In this document: positions 1 through 10,126 of the stretch, in pieces
Position numbering within the stretch: the stretch's first letter is position 1
Layout: each line of letters begins with the position of its first letter
Source of the DNA: Neoechinorhynchus agilis
Taxonomy: Eukaryota > Animalia > Acanthocephala
Direction of reading: 5' to 3'
Assembly: GCA_051530055.1 (NCBI GenBank)
Contig: JBMGUZ010000046.1
Coordinates: forward strand, 1-21,913
DNA length: 21,913 nt
Program-made: the position numbers and the translations under genes
Notes under the pieces: generated by a model
What the model was told of the DNA's origin: nothing
The model's input: only the letters and a program-made list of their open reading frames with translations
Databases searched by the model: none

Positions 1-189
1 CAATAAAAAATTATGAGATTTTTTTCAACAAAAAGATATACAATTCAAAGTCAAATATCCGACTAAAACGTACCTGAATGTTTATTCAAACTGTATTTAA
101 TAATTGTTATATGCTCGTGAGCTGAACTCTTATGAGACATAAATTATTATTTTGATATAATTTTAATGCTGAGAAAAGTATTTCAATTT

Positions 190-325
190 GAACCCCACCG
201 ATCTCAATCGCTCAGCTGCCGTCCTGGTCAAAAGGACGGATGGAGCATTCCCCGTTGCAGTCCTGCCTCGGATCGTCAATGATTCATTTGAGTCTCTTTG
301 ACAATCGCTTGATCAGGTTTTGAGA
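190..325 (-). mobile_element. 3'-terminal fragment of a CRE-clade (restriction-like endonuclease) non-LTR retrotransposon
   Basis: Reverse complement reads NLIKRLSKRLK*IIDDPRAG..LQRGNAPSVL. It aligns by eye with 13270-13420 and ends in GGTGGGGTT, like the GGTGGTGAAT end of the other copies. Confidence 0.6.
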
Positions 326-586
326 TGCGGTACCGAATGACTAGAGTAACTCGGCACCAAAAGTCAGAGCTTTTCAGGTCTAAACGGTTTTTGAGAAAGT
401 TGACCTCGACCCATCATGAGCTTTATGATAAACAAAAATAAACATAAATGTTTGTTGTTTGCCTTCAAAACTCCAAACAATAAGAAATACATATTTGTAC
501 GGAAAATGTTTGTAGTGTGAAACGAATGTGATTCAAGAATATCCTGCACCCATCCTAAACTCCGACAGATTGATCGATAACGCCTA

Positions 587-1242
587 ATGAATCCTACAAA
601 GTTCAAAGCATTGAGTATCGCAACTGCGATTTTGTTTTTTGCAAGTTCAATCTTAAGTTGGGTCTCACTATGCAGCAATCATCCATGGTCACGAGTTCCG
701 GATACAAATTTCACCATCAAAATCTTCGGCCAATCATCCATTAATGAGACATCACCTCTGTCTCCAATTTATTTCCTTCTCATTGAAGGTGAGTTTCCTT
801 CTTGTTTCTTTTATAAAATCGCTTTCGTTAGGAGGACTAATGCGCACATTGCTGCTTATGAGCGCAGGAATCGAAACTGCGGCTTTTCTCATGGCCGTGT
901 CTCATTTTCTATGCCATGGACGAGTTCGGATATTGTGGCTGCAACTTTCTTCTGTTTTTGGACAAATCTCTTGTAAGTGTCGCCTACTGTTGTAAATATT
1001 CTTGATATTCGTCTTTAGTGACCTGTCAACAAGTGGGAATCGGGTTGTTTGCTTTCTACATCAAAGAGAAGGGTCATCGATTTTGCTACCCATTTTATTT
1101 GGCGATTGCAAGCTGCCTTTTGTCAATCTTATCCATAATTGTATCCCAAACAGCGACGTATATTATCGGCACGAATATTCTGAGATTGTTTGGTGATGGA
1201 TTCACTGAGATACGACCAAAATATCTGCAGCGCAGCGGGTAA
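587..1242 (+). CDS. Four-pass membrane protein, claudin/PMP22-like; exons 587-788, 832-972, 1019-1242 (188 aa), possibly extended by an exon ending at 1554
   Basis: Three ORF pieces join in frame across two canonical introns. The product has four hydrophobic segments, a Trp-containing first loop and an FCYPFYLAIASCLLS segment resembling the claudin-family TM4 lead-in. Family assignment is by pattern only. Confidence 0.65.
789..831 (+). other. Canonical GT-AG intron, 43 nt
   Basis: GAAG|GTGAGT...CGTTAG|GA; removal joins ORF 587..976 to the frame of ORF 744..995 (LIEGGLMRTLL). Confidence 0.8.
973..1018 (+). other. Canonical GT-AG intron, 46 nt
   Basis: T|GTAAGT...CTTTAG|TG; removal joins the 744..995 frame to the 1018..1242 frame (QISLTCQQVG). 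Confidence 0.8.
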
Positions 1243-1305
1243 GAAGTGATCAATTTCTATTAAGTATAATTCAATTATTAAAATTTAAGTATTTTAAAAG
1301 CGAAT

Positions 1306-1554
1306 CTTGCAGTTAATCCATTCGCCAAGGTGAAGAAATCATCAGAAGAGTTTTCTGAGACACATGTTCCTCCGCTGAAATATTTCCCAGATGAAGAAGC
1401 CATCCAACTTAATCAATTAGACAACCATTCTGGCACAATTAAAACGGATTCCCTTCAGTCGGAGAGGTCTATGGATACGCCACGATCAGACATAGGCAAT
1501 CCAATTCTATATGATCGAATGTGGTTTTGGAGAAAATGTTCAGCCTTTCATTAG
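1306..1554 (+). CDS. Possible last exon (cytoplasmic tail) of the tetraspan gene
   Basis: About 80 open codons of hydrophilic composition after an AT-rich intron-like gap. The canonical GTAAG(1239)/TTGCAG(1312) pair is out of phase by 1 nt. Confidence 0.4.
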   Translation, partial: LAVNPFAKVKKSSEEFSETHVPPLKYFPDEEAIQLNQLDNHSGTIKTDSLQSERSMDTPRSDIGNPILYDRMWFWRKCSAFH

Positions 1555-2307
1555 CTCCAAATTAACCAAAATTAATTATTATTTACTCAATAAATCAGTT
1601 AACCTTTATGACAGGTCAGCTCAGTCGTGATTTTAAGAAAACTGGGAAATTCGATATTGTGAAGGATTCGATTTCAACGATCATCAACTTCTATTTTAAT
1701 ATTCGATTTTCCATTTCCATGCTCCAAATAAAGGTGGATAAAGCATAACACGCATGCAACCCTGATTTCCCTCGCCTTCAATTCTCTTTTGCTAATCACA
1801 TTCTCAACTCGCGCAAGGCCTTTCTTGCACATAAACTCGCCTAATATTCCATTCACCTCTGGTGGGAAAACACGAAAATCTTTCTCCAACCTCTCAAACT
1901 CGGACCTCCTTGCTATACTAAATTCTATCAATGCGCAACTTGGTGACTCCCTAAATCTCCCTTTTCCTACTGGCCTCTTCGTTTTATCTTACGAGATTTA
2001 ATTGATACTCTTACCCATATAATCAACCAAAGCTTCAAGGCTGTCAATCTTCAATCGAAAAATTTCATCCATTCAATTCGGTTTCCGGTTTAGCATTTCG
2101 TGTACGGACGCCCTTCTTTGCATCTACGATTCTCTTCTTCATAATCTTGATGTGCACCCTTTATTTAGCTCTCGGCTCACCCAAATCAACATCCCGAATA
2201 TCACGTTTTATTGATTTCTGTGTGTTTTGGTATGTCCATTCTTGGGGGAATTGGTGGTTATTGCTTGAAGGAGAGTTTGTGAGGTTGCGTCTTTCCAATG
2301 GTTCATT

Positions 2308-3660
2308 TCAAGTCATGATATCCGAAAAGATCGGGCAACATGAAAAAAGGAGCGGGGTATAGAGAAGATGAAACGAATTATGATTACGAGTGTTGCGCTC
2401 GTGAGAAAGGGGGAATAAAGTGTGATAAAAATTGTGGTGGTAGGTTTGAGAGGCGTTTTGTTTGTTCGACGAAAATTTTACAATGGCATTTGGCGAGAGG
2501 GGAAAATCAGCAGTGCACATTTCAGATGCTCTTTTATGAAACATTTCACTACGACTGATTTGAGATTTTGACAGGTTGCAAAATACGGGATAACCGTAGG
2601 TGTGGGTGGGTAAAATAAAGTTGAAGTAAAATTTGGAGAGATCGGGTGAAGGGACTCCAAAATGGCGGAGGAATTGAAATTGGAGACCCAGAATGCTTAG
2701 GGAGGTGACTCGTAGGATGTCATTTGGAAGCTGGAGGATACTATAGGGTTGCAGGAGAGAGAGGGAATCATTTCGAAGCATTTAGAGAAATTGAGGCGGA
2801 GTTTGTGATTGGTGCAGAAATCTTTTATGTGTGTGATTTGTTTAAAGGTTAAGGAAAGGGAGAGGTGGGTGGTGTGGTGAATGGGTGATGAGGGTGATAT
2901 TGTTGGCGCATAAGAAGAGTTTAGAGTGAGAGGAGAGAGGTTTGAGGTTGTTTGGAAAAATATTAATGAGGAGTAGTGCACCTCGAGGTACTCCTTTGGT
3001 GAGGGATGGGCTGATAGATGAGGTAGATCGGCGGTGAGTGATTGTGAAGATAAGATTCGAGCAAGCGGATCTGCCTTAATTTCAGACCACCTGAAAAAGG
3101 AGTGAATGGTCCACTGCCCATTTTTAGAACAAGGATAACTTTGGTAGTTTTCAGGCATGAGGGGTAGATGACATATAAAAAGGTGCGAAGAGCCCAGTTT
3201 GGGATTTCGGATTGGGGGGATGAATTTCGGAAACTTCGTATGACGAAACTAAGGGGAGTATCGGCGAGTTGACAGAAGTTTTTATTGTAGGAGTTACAGC
3301 TTTTGTGGAGTTATAGATGGGGCAATGATTGTAGATTGAGCCAGGGCAGAGGTTCTGATTAATGGAATCTAAAATCTGTTTTAATTCAGTGGAGGACAAA
3401 TTTAGAAAGGGATCCGGGTGACGTAGACCAAGAGAGTTCTTGATGGCCCGCCACCATGTTGAATTGCCGCCCGAACGAATTTTGGAAGATATAAAGTTTT
3501 TGCAGGCGACAAGTATTTTGTTAGTTAGAGCAATTATAAACGAGGAAAGTCTTGGTAGTTATTGCGATGGGCCGTAGAAGATTGCTTTTGAAGTTTTAAG
3601 ATTGGGGTTAGCAACGGAGGGTCGTGATCAGCCTTCTGAACGCACATGTTACGTAGCTTC
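2308..3660 (-). mobile_element. Degenerate, internally deleted CR1/L2-like LINE (linker, end of RT, C-terminal region)
   Basis: Minus-strand peptides DPPLLTPILK, WWRAIKNSLG, VSSYEVSEI..NPK, IKDFCTNHKLRLNFSKC, SLSILGLQF, FLRHFGVPSPDLSKFYFNFILPTHTYGYPVF..LSKSQISRSEMFHKRA and HTLFP...RNTR match the usual CR1/L2 ORF2 order, with frameshifts. Confidence 0.75.
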
Positions 3661-3664
3661 GACT

Positions 3665-4520
3665 TGCGAAGTGCTTTTATTAAATCAAAACCAATGACAT
3701 CTTAGGGCGTCGGCGTCAAATTCTGCTGGGTGAAGAATAATGCTGATTGCATTCTGTGAGCTGACCCATTGGCCAATGAAGAGAATGTCATCTTCACTTG
3801 TGATTTTGACGATAAAACATAAGGGATTTAATCGAAAGACGAAGATTCTACGAAATACTGTCGATCGCTGTCATTGGGATGTTTGGAACGAAGAGTTCGT
3901 AAAGTTTCTGCGTTATCTTTGGCGAGACTGTCCGTTAATCATAAAATACGGACTGCTCTGACATCTCCGTCAGCGAGCTTCGAAGAAACACACCCAGCAA
4001 GCTGCGGATTTGAGTTTCGGCGGTGGTCACGGTCTTGAACACACCCCTGACGTAGCTCGCATGCTGTCGAAAGACATTGAGTAAAATTTTCGTCAAAAGA
4101 ACTTATTCGTTCTTTGATTTTTGTGATCAGAGATCGCTCAGATACATCACCAGAGGAAAATACTAGTCTAGGGAACGCAGAGACGCATCCACGACAACTC
4201 TGAGTTAGTCTCGATGCAGTATGTCGATAGGGAGGTGAATTTCTTTGCGGTCTGATATCGCTCGCCCCTTGGGATTCTTTTCAGGACGTTCCTGAGAAGA
4301 ACTCTCGCACAATATTCCCTACAAATTGAATTTCATTTTTGTATTGGTGATGTCGCGATAGGATTTTGTCGGCACCATCAATGGAATTAGGGGGTGAAGC
4401 GAAACCGCCGCAGCGTGAATTACGGAGTCCATGGACCCTAAAAACTCCTGTTTTCGTCAGGAAGAAAAATCCCCTTGGCTGACGAAGTTGTAAGTGACCT
4501 ATTGGTGATTTTCTCTTCTC
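3665..4520 (-). mobile_element. Degenerate 5' part of a CRE-clade retrotransposon ORF (zinc-finger remnant and pre-RT region)
   Basis: Minus-strand peptides FRVHGLRNSRCGG, VLKRIPRGERYQTA, SWMRL/AFPRL..SLITKIKERI, SKLADGDVRAVRIL*..DSLA..NAETLRTLRSKHP and FSSLANGSA resemble the CRE N-terminal and pre-RT motifs. Stops and frameshifts are present. Confidence 0.65.
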
Positions 4521-5049
4521 CTGGCTCGTTTTGGGCGGGCAAATTTTCGTCGCAAAGTGAGGAACGTGCCGTCCCCGAGCGAAACGAGGGAACACTTTTT
4601 ATTAATGGGGCGATCTGTAAGAAAAACATCACCTTTTATTTCTATCCAATTGTCCCTTCGAGTGGATGTGTATTCTCAATGGCGAATTGTAACACACTCG
4701 AGTTTTATTGAACTCTTCATTGCGAATTTTCAAGCTCTCATCCTCCTTCTGAAGCATTGTTTTCGAAGGAAAATACAAGGAAGCTTTGAAAAGTAGTCAA
4801 AAGTTGAAACCAACTCTTATATTGTATTGTATGCAACGGTACTTTCTTACGTTGCACCGTAGGTATAAGCCCGTCAAATATAATTAGACTCCGCAAGGTA
4901 TCTAAAACACACGACAGCAGTTCTGTTATGCGGGCAATTCGCGTCTCTTAAAATCAGGTCATCGTATGTACGACAGTTCCCTTTGCTTTTACGACACAAT
5001 GTCGTTGGCTTCCAGAAAAGGAACTGTTGCACGACCTGTGGGCAAGATG

Positions 5050-6843
5050 CCTCGGACCGAATTATATTTCATTATCGGTATGATTTTTCTGGCAATAGAT
5101 TAAAACCTCAGTACCTCTGCCATTGTCCCATCTGGGCCTGCTGCACGTCCCGCACGCATAATTTTCGCCGCAGCGATCGCTTCCTTCACGGAAATCGGTC
5201 CAGTGAAGTAAGCCTCAGTGCTTGGGATGATTGTGCCTTTTGGAAGTGCAGGACTCACTTCCAAAGACGATAATGGCGAATTGAGAATTTCCGCAAAATA
5301 ATTTGCGATTCTTTTTTTTCTGATTTCTGGGGAGGGACCTTCAATCAAAGTTGGCTGTCTTTGGGATCTTCCCGCGAGAGTGTTTATCGCTCTCCATGTT
5401 AAGGAGGCACGAACAAAACCTTCCTTATATGCGATCCCGCGAACTGCATCCTCCATCGAAGCTTTTGCTTTTCATTATAGAGGTTGGCAAGTACAAGACT
5501 TGCAATGTGAGCCTCAGATCGTTTTCCTCTTTTTCTTAGAGTTTTGATCTGCTCAGCCACTGCCATAAATTCACAGTCCTCCTATAATATAGCCTTTGCA
5601 GCTTTTATACGCCTCATTTTTGGGAGGGTTTAATCGGTCGCTTCGGTCACTGCGTCGCAGATTGGCTTGTATTAAATATCAATATCCATTTCAGCAGCTG
5701 GCATCGAGCTCAGTTGATTCTCTAGTTCGATATCGAACTCTTTCCTCTTCTCGAACAACGAGTCACTCATGCTCAACTGACACATCACCAACTTGTGGTC
5801 GGTTGGCAGCCCATCAACTGTGAATGTGTCAGCGTTTCTGACCCGACATTTTTCCCTGCGTCTCAACAATATATGGTCAAGCTGAGCTAAGCGTCTCTTG
5901 GGATTTTTTCCTATGGCATGTTTGAACGCATTCTTTTGACCCATAAACGTCGCCAAACGCCACGGACGCTTCCGGAATAAAGTGTTAGCAGACACAAGAT
6001 CATGTCGCTCCAGCGCCTCAACCAAGTACCGGCTGTTCCGATTCTCGCCTTTCAACACATATAGCGATCTCTCGGAATGCGGTAAAATCGCGTTGAAGCT
6101 ACCGGCTATTAGGAGGGTGTCTCTGTTCGGTACATCATCTAATGCTTCGGCTAGATTTCCATAAAATCCTTCAACCGCCTCTTCATCCGACGAGGAGGTC
6201 GGTGAATATACGCCAAAAGCATAGAGATTTCTCGACCGAAGCTTTATGCTGACACGAAGGATTCGGTCAGTTATAATACTGCATAGTGGTGAGTTTCGGA
6301 GGCGGGGTGATAAACAAACGCCCACACCTCCATTTCCTCGACTGTCCGTCCTAAATGCTCCTCATTTACGTCTGTGTCTGACTGGCCTCTTATGCGCAAT
6401 TCTTGTAAAAACCCAAGATCGATTCTGGCGTCCCTTGCCAATTTGGCCAGGGTTCCCCTACGCCATTGCGCTCGCAGACTCCTACAATTCAAGGATCCGA
6501 TTCGTAGTTCTCTTCTATCTGAAATACCTGGGCCAAAGGGCTCACGGTTGTAAGCGCCGCCTGAACAGTCCGTACCCACCATGGTGATGAGCTTCGACTG
6601 ACGCTTTCGTTGCCTCCGGCGACAGTTTCGCTCATTTCGACGCTCAAGTCGTCGGCGAAAGCTACGACACCCTCGCTTTTTCCCGTTGCACTGGTGGATT
6701 TTGTTGCTCCTGTTCGCTGCCGCATCACCAAGTGGAGCGGCACGCCGACTCCGTGTTGACAGGGTACTATCCGTAGCTGTCTGGCCACCGGAGCTGCTTT
6801 TTTTACGTGACCGACAAGAATCAGTAACATCAAGTCCGATCAT
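5050..6843 (-). mobile_element. RTE-like non-LTR retrotransposon, 5' portion: basic N-terminal extension, APE endonuclease and linker; RT core absent; frameshifted
   Basis: IGSLNCRSL, IDLGFLQE, VYSPT, AGSFNA, SANTLF, QLDHIL and TDHKLV (APE motifs) in ORFs 6271..6843 and 5672..6325. TWRAINTLAGR and MRAGRAAGPDGTMAEVL in ORF 5100..5456. ATG at 6843. Confidence 0.85.
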
Positions 6844-6845
6844 CG

Positions 6846-6935
6846 TTAAAGAAAGTTAGGGACTTAAAGAAAGTTAGTTAGGGACTTAAAGAAAGTTAGT
6901 TAGGGACTTAAAGAAAATTAGGGACTTAAAGAAAG
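6846..6935. repeat. Minisatellite: 4.5 units of TTAAAGAAAG(TTAG)TTAGGGAC (18 or 22 bp), four TTAGGG hexamers
   Basis: Units at 6846-6863, 6864-6885, 6886-6907, 6908-6925 and a half unit at 6926-6935, read directly. Confidence 0.95.
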
Positions 6936-7434
6936 AACACAAAACATTTATTTGCGATACACCGACGTCTAGGGTTAATCAAGAAAAGAATTAACCCAAA
7001 GATGAACCGGTGCAGAATCCATGTCATATCCATTAAAGTTTAATGAGTTATTTCTCAATCTCGTCCAAGAGTGAAGCCTCCGAGACAAACTATCATCACG
7101 AGGTCCCGGAGCAACATTTTCAGTTGCATCTTATGAAGATCAAGCGCTTTACCCACATTAGACGTATGGGAACAATTTGCATGTGTAAAAAGCACGAAAA
7201 GTTACAGTTTTCAATCTTACATTCATTCAAAATCACGAATTTATACTTTTCTGAGAGAAAAATGCATTATTTTTAAAAGATTTCTCGATTCTGAAGTAGA
7301 AATCGCAAAGATATTCCTAGCGACAAATCGTTTTACCGCTTTCTGTTAAAGATAAAAGTTCTATTTTACTGAAAAACCGTCCGCCTCCTGCAACAAAACT
7401 GTTCTTTTTCATATCACTAATGACCTGTTAGTAA

Positions 7435-8596
7435 TTATTCCTTTCCCGTGAACACTTTTGCCTCGGTTGCTTCAGACGAAAGCAGAATCTTCCCAACATT
7501 TTCTCGGTTATACATTCTTTGAAGAGCTTGTTTAGCTTGACTCAACGGATAAATCGAATCAATCTTCGGCTTGATTATCAAAATGAATCTAAGCACTTGC
7601 TCGGTAGCAAAGATCCATTTTCAATACACCTTGTTCATAAAGTTTAAAAATATGCTTCCATGAATCGTTAATTTCATTTTGGTCAACCATTCCGAGATGA
7701 CCCAAGTGATAACCAGCGATTGACTTATTTGTAGTGAGAATCTTAAGTGACGACGTACTAAAGCAACTTAACCATAATTTCGCCTTTTTAAACATCGAAT
7801 TCCCATCACCACTGGCGCTAGCAACTCCATAGTATACAACACGGCCGAACGGTTTTAGCAGATCAAAGAATTTCCCACTTTCTGGACCATTCAATGCGTC
7901 GAAAATTACATCAACACCCTTTGGATAAAGTTTACGAACTTCTACAACGTAGTCTTGTGTTCGATAATCAATCAAATGATCGACTCCCATTTCTTTTAGA
8001 AGTTGATGTTTTGATCCGGAACACATCCCGATTATTTTTGTGTTAGGTACAGTTTTACTCATCTGGATAACGGCCATTCCAACACCTCCAGCGGCTTGAG
8101 GCATCAAAATAACGTCACCTTCTTTGAGTCGGCACATTTTGAACATCATATCGTACGCCGTAAGATAGTTTAGAGCAAGACAAGATGCATGTTCAAGACT
8201 CATTCCGTCTGGGATTTTGACTAAAGATTGCGGATCAGTATCAATGAGATCACGATAAAGACCGTCGGGTTTCAAAATGGTTACTCTGTCGCCTACTTTG
8301 AAATCAAATTTTGGTCCCTCAGTGCCTGAAACGTTCATGGAGTTCACCTTAGCGCCAACAGCTTCAATTACACCTGAAGCTTCACAGCCTGGAACAAATG
8401 GATATGCAGTAATTCCGGTTGAACGGTCATAAATGCCAAGTTTTTTGAGAATATCGATAAAGTTGACGCCCGCGTATTTTAGATTGACTCTAACCATTTC
8501 GTCGTTAAGTTCAGGAATCTTCTCCCCCTTCGTTGTGATCTTATCCATAGTACCAGGCCCACTGAATTCGACACATTGGCTTTCTGACTTCGTCAT
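7435..8596 (-). CDS. VAT1: VAT1-like (synaptic vesicle membrane protein VAT-1 / quinone oxidoreductase-type MDR), about 370 aa, two exons split by an interruption near 7570-7631
   Basis: AGVNFID, FVPGCEASG, LNYLTAY, AAGGVG, LIDYRTQDYVVEVRKLYPKGVD, LLKPFGRVVYYG and NKSIAGYHLG in ORF 7589..8596. The family C-terminus (IKPKIDSIYPLSQAKQALQRMYNRENVGKILL) lies in another frame at 7582-7435. VAT1 versus VAT1L cannot be distinguished. Confidence 0.88.
7583..7631 (-). other. Putative 49-nt hairpin intron in the VAT1-like gene; exact borders ambiguous
   Basis: A frameshifting 49-nt surplus relative to a homologue-length protein, containing the inverted repeat AAAATGGATCT/AGATTCATTTT (10 of 11 match). 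Confidence 0.6.
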
Positions 8597-9076
8597 ATCT
8601 TAAATAAAAGAAATGATCTTAGAAGGGTTCCTTTAGAGCAAGACGAAGATCCAGTTTACTTCAAGAAAAAGGAACGCTCTACTCGTTTCAGGTGTGATTC
8701 AGTCTAACCTGAATAATAGAGATAGATGTTCCCCAAAAACGTTCCCGAGTACGATGTTTTATTTTGTCCGAATTTTCGCCGCTTCACGGCTTTTCCGGGA
8801 CTCTCCCTCGCTCAGAAAAGGTAAGAAAAGTGATAAACTGTCTGAATCAATTATTAACCTGAACAGTAATGTGAGTTTGCTCAACAATGGCGTTTGTGTA
8901 CATTTGCGCAAATAATCGACATTCCACAACTTTTCTATAATCGCATTAATCACATAAAATCGACGATACCAAATCAATATTGGAACATTTTTAAAGCTTC
9001 CAAACTAAACTTAATATTTTGTTTGAAAATAGTGATTTATTTTTTCACTTAACAAGTCCGACGAAGCATACGATTG

Positions 9077-9215
9077 GAATTATTGTCTAGAAGTCTTCAT
9101 TCGGTAAACGATTTTTTTCGATTAAAGACTTTGTGCATCATCAGTTTGTTAGTAATAGACGGTCTTTAGTCGAAAAAATAATCATTTACCGAATGAAGAC
9201 TTTAAACAATAATTC
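9077..9215. mobile_element. MITE-like foldback element, arms of about 53 bp
   Basis: 9077-9129 is an imperfect reverse complement of 9162-9215, with a few mismatches and indels. Confidence 0.8.
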
Positions 9216-9538
9216 TCTAATTAAAAAGCACGGTAACTACTCAGTATCGATATTTTCATAGGACGAAATATTGTGTTAAAGGGATCTTATAAAATCAATC
9301 CTTATTTCTCATAACCAAACAACTTCAATTTGGAAAGCACGTCATCAAAACCCTTCCATATTCATTTAATCATAGATTTTATGAGATTTTAGAAAAGTTC
9401 CAATCATAGTTTAGAATGCCATTTTTGTGGGCTTTAAAACACAAAAAAAGATTGCATCCGTCATTTACCCTTTTTTTAAGTGATGACCAACAAAATAGTA
9501 TCGAACATTTCTCAAATAAGAAAAATGTTTAAAATTTT

Positions 9539-9629
9539 AAAGAAACATTAAATCCGATTGGTTTCGGAGGCACAATCTTGTACACGTTTGTCATGCGCCT
9601 CCTAAATCAATCGGATTTAATGTTTCTTT
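9539..9629. mobile_element. MITE-like foldback element, 33-bp arms
   Basis: AAAGAAACATTAAATCCGATTGGTTTCGGAGGC (9539-9571) versus the reverse complement of 9597-9629: 2 mismatches. Confidence 0.85.
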
Positions 9630-9837
9630 GATATAAACAAACATTAATAAATCAATCTTCACAACAAGAAGCACCCAGGGAAAATAATAAACAAAAAACT
9701 CGAAAAATCTGCCGTTCGCTTTCAATAAAAGATTACTATGTAAAAATAAACACAAGATTCAACAATAAAATTCGGACGTTAATATTCACTTCATGAAATG
9801 GACGATCAGTTTATAAACTCCATGCTACAAAAAATTG

Positions 9838-10081
9838 AATGACGAAATTTCGACGGAAGCATCACAAAAAAGGATAAAACACAACAACGAGGAAATTATG
9901 TTATATCTTCAAAATAAAACGAATAACTTAAAAAAGAACTGTTTCCAATGCGTTTAATAAGGTTGAAGAAAAAAGCTCATGTCATGGACTCTAATCCTGA
10001 AAATTCCAATGAAAAGTAGTTTAAATTTAAGTGAACATCCTCAAAATTCTTTTATACTTAATGACGAAATTTCGACGGAAG
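9838..10081 (+). repeat. 22-bp perfect direct repeat AATGACGAAATTTCGACGGAAG at 9838-9859 and 10060-10081
   Basis: Read directly. Confidence 0.9.
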
Positions 10082-10126
10082 AATTTAGGCAATAATCCTG
10101 GAAAATAGTATTTTTTTGTTTGTTTT

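Noticed and set aside
1674-2110. DIRS-type tyrosine recombinase remnant (ALIEFSIARRSEF, CFIHLYL)
   Set aside because: Only loose similarity to the first Arg motif; no H-x-x-R or catalytic Tyr region seen, and there are multiple stops.
7280-7434. Extra VAT1 exon via a 31-nt GT..CTAACAG intron
   Set aside because: The protein is already complete at TAA 7437-7435, and the intron would be shorter than the others seen.
7589-7618. ORF-track C-terminus MDLCYRASA* of the VAT1-like protein
   Set aside because: The family-typical C-terminus lies downstream in another frame, so this is read-through into the interruption.
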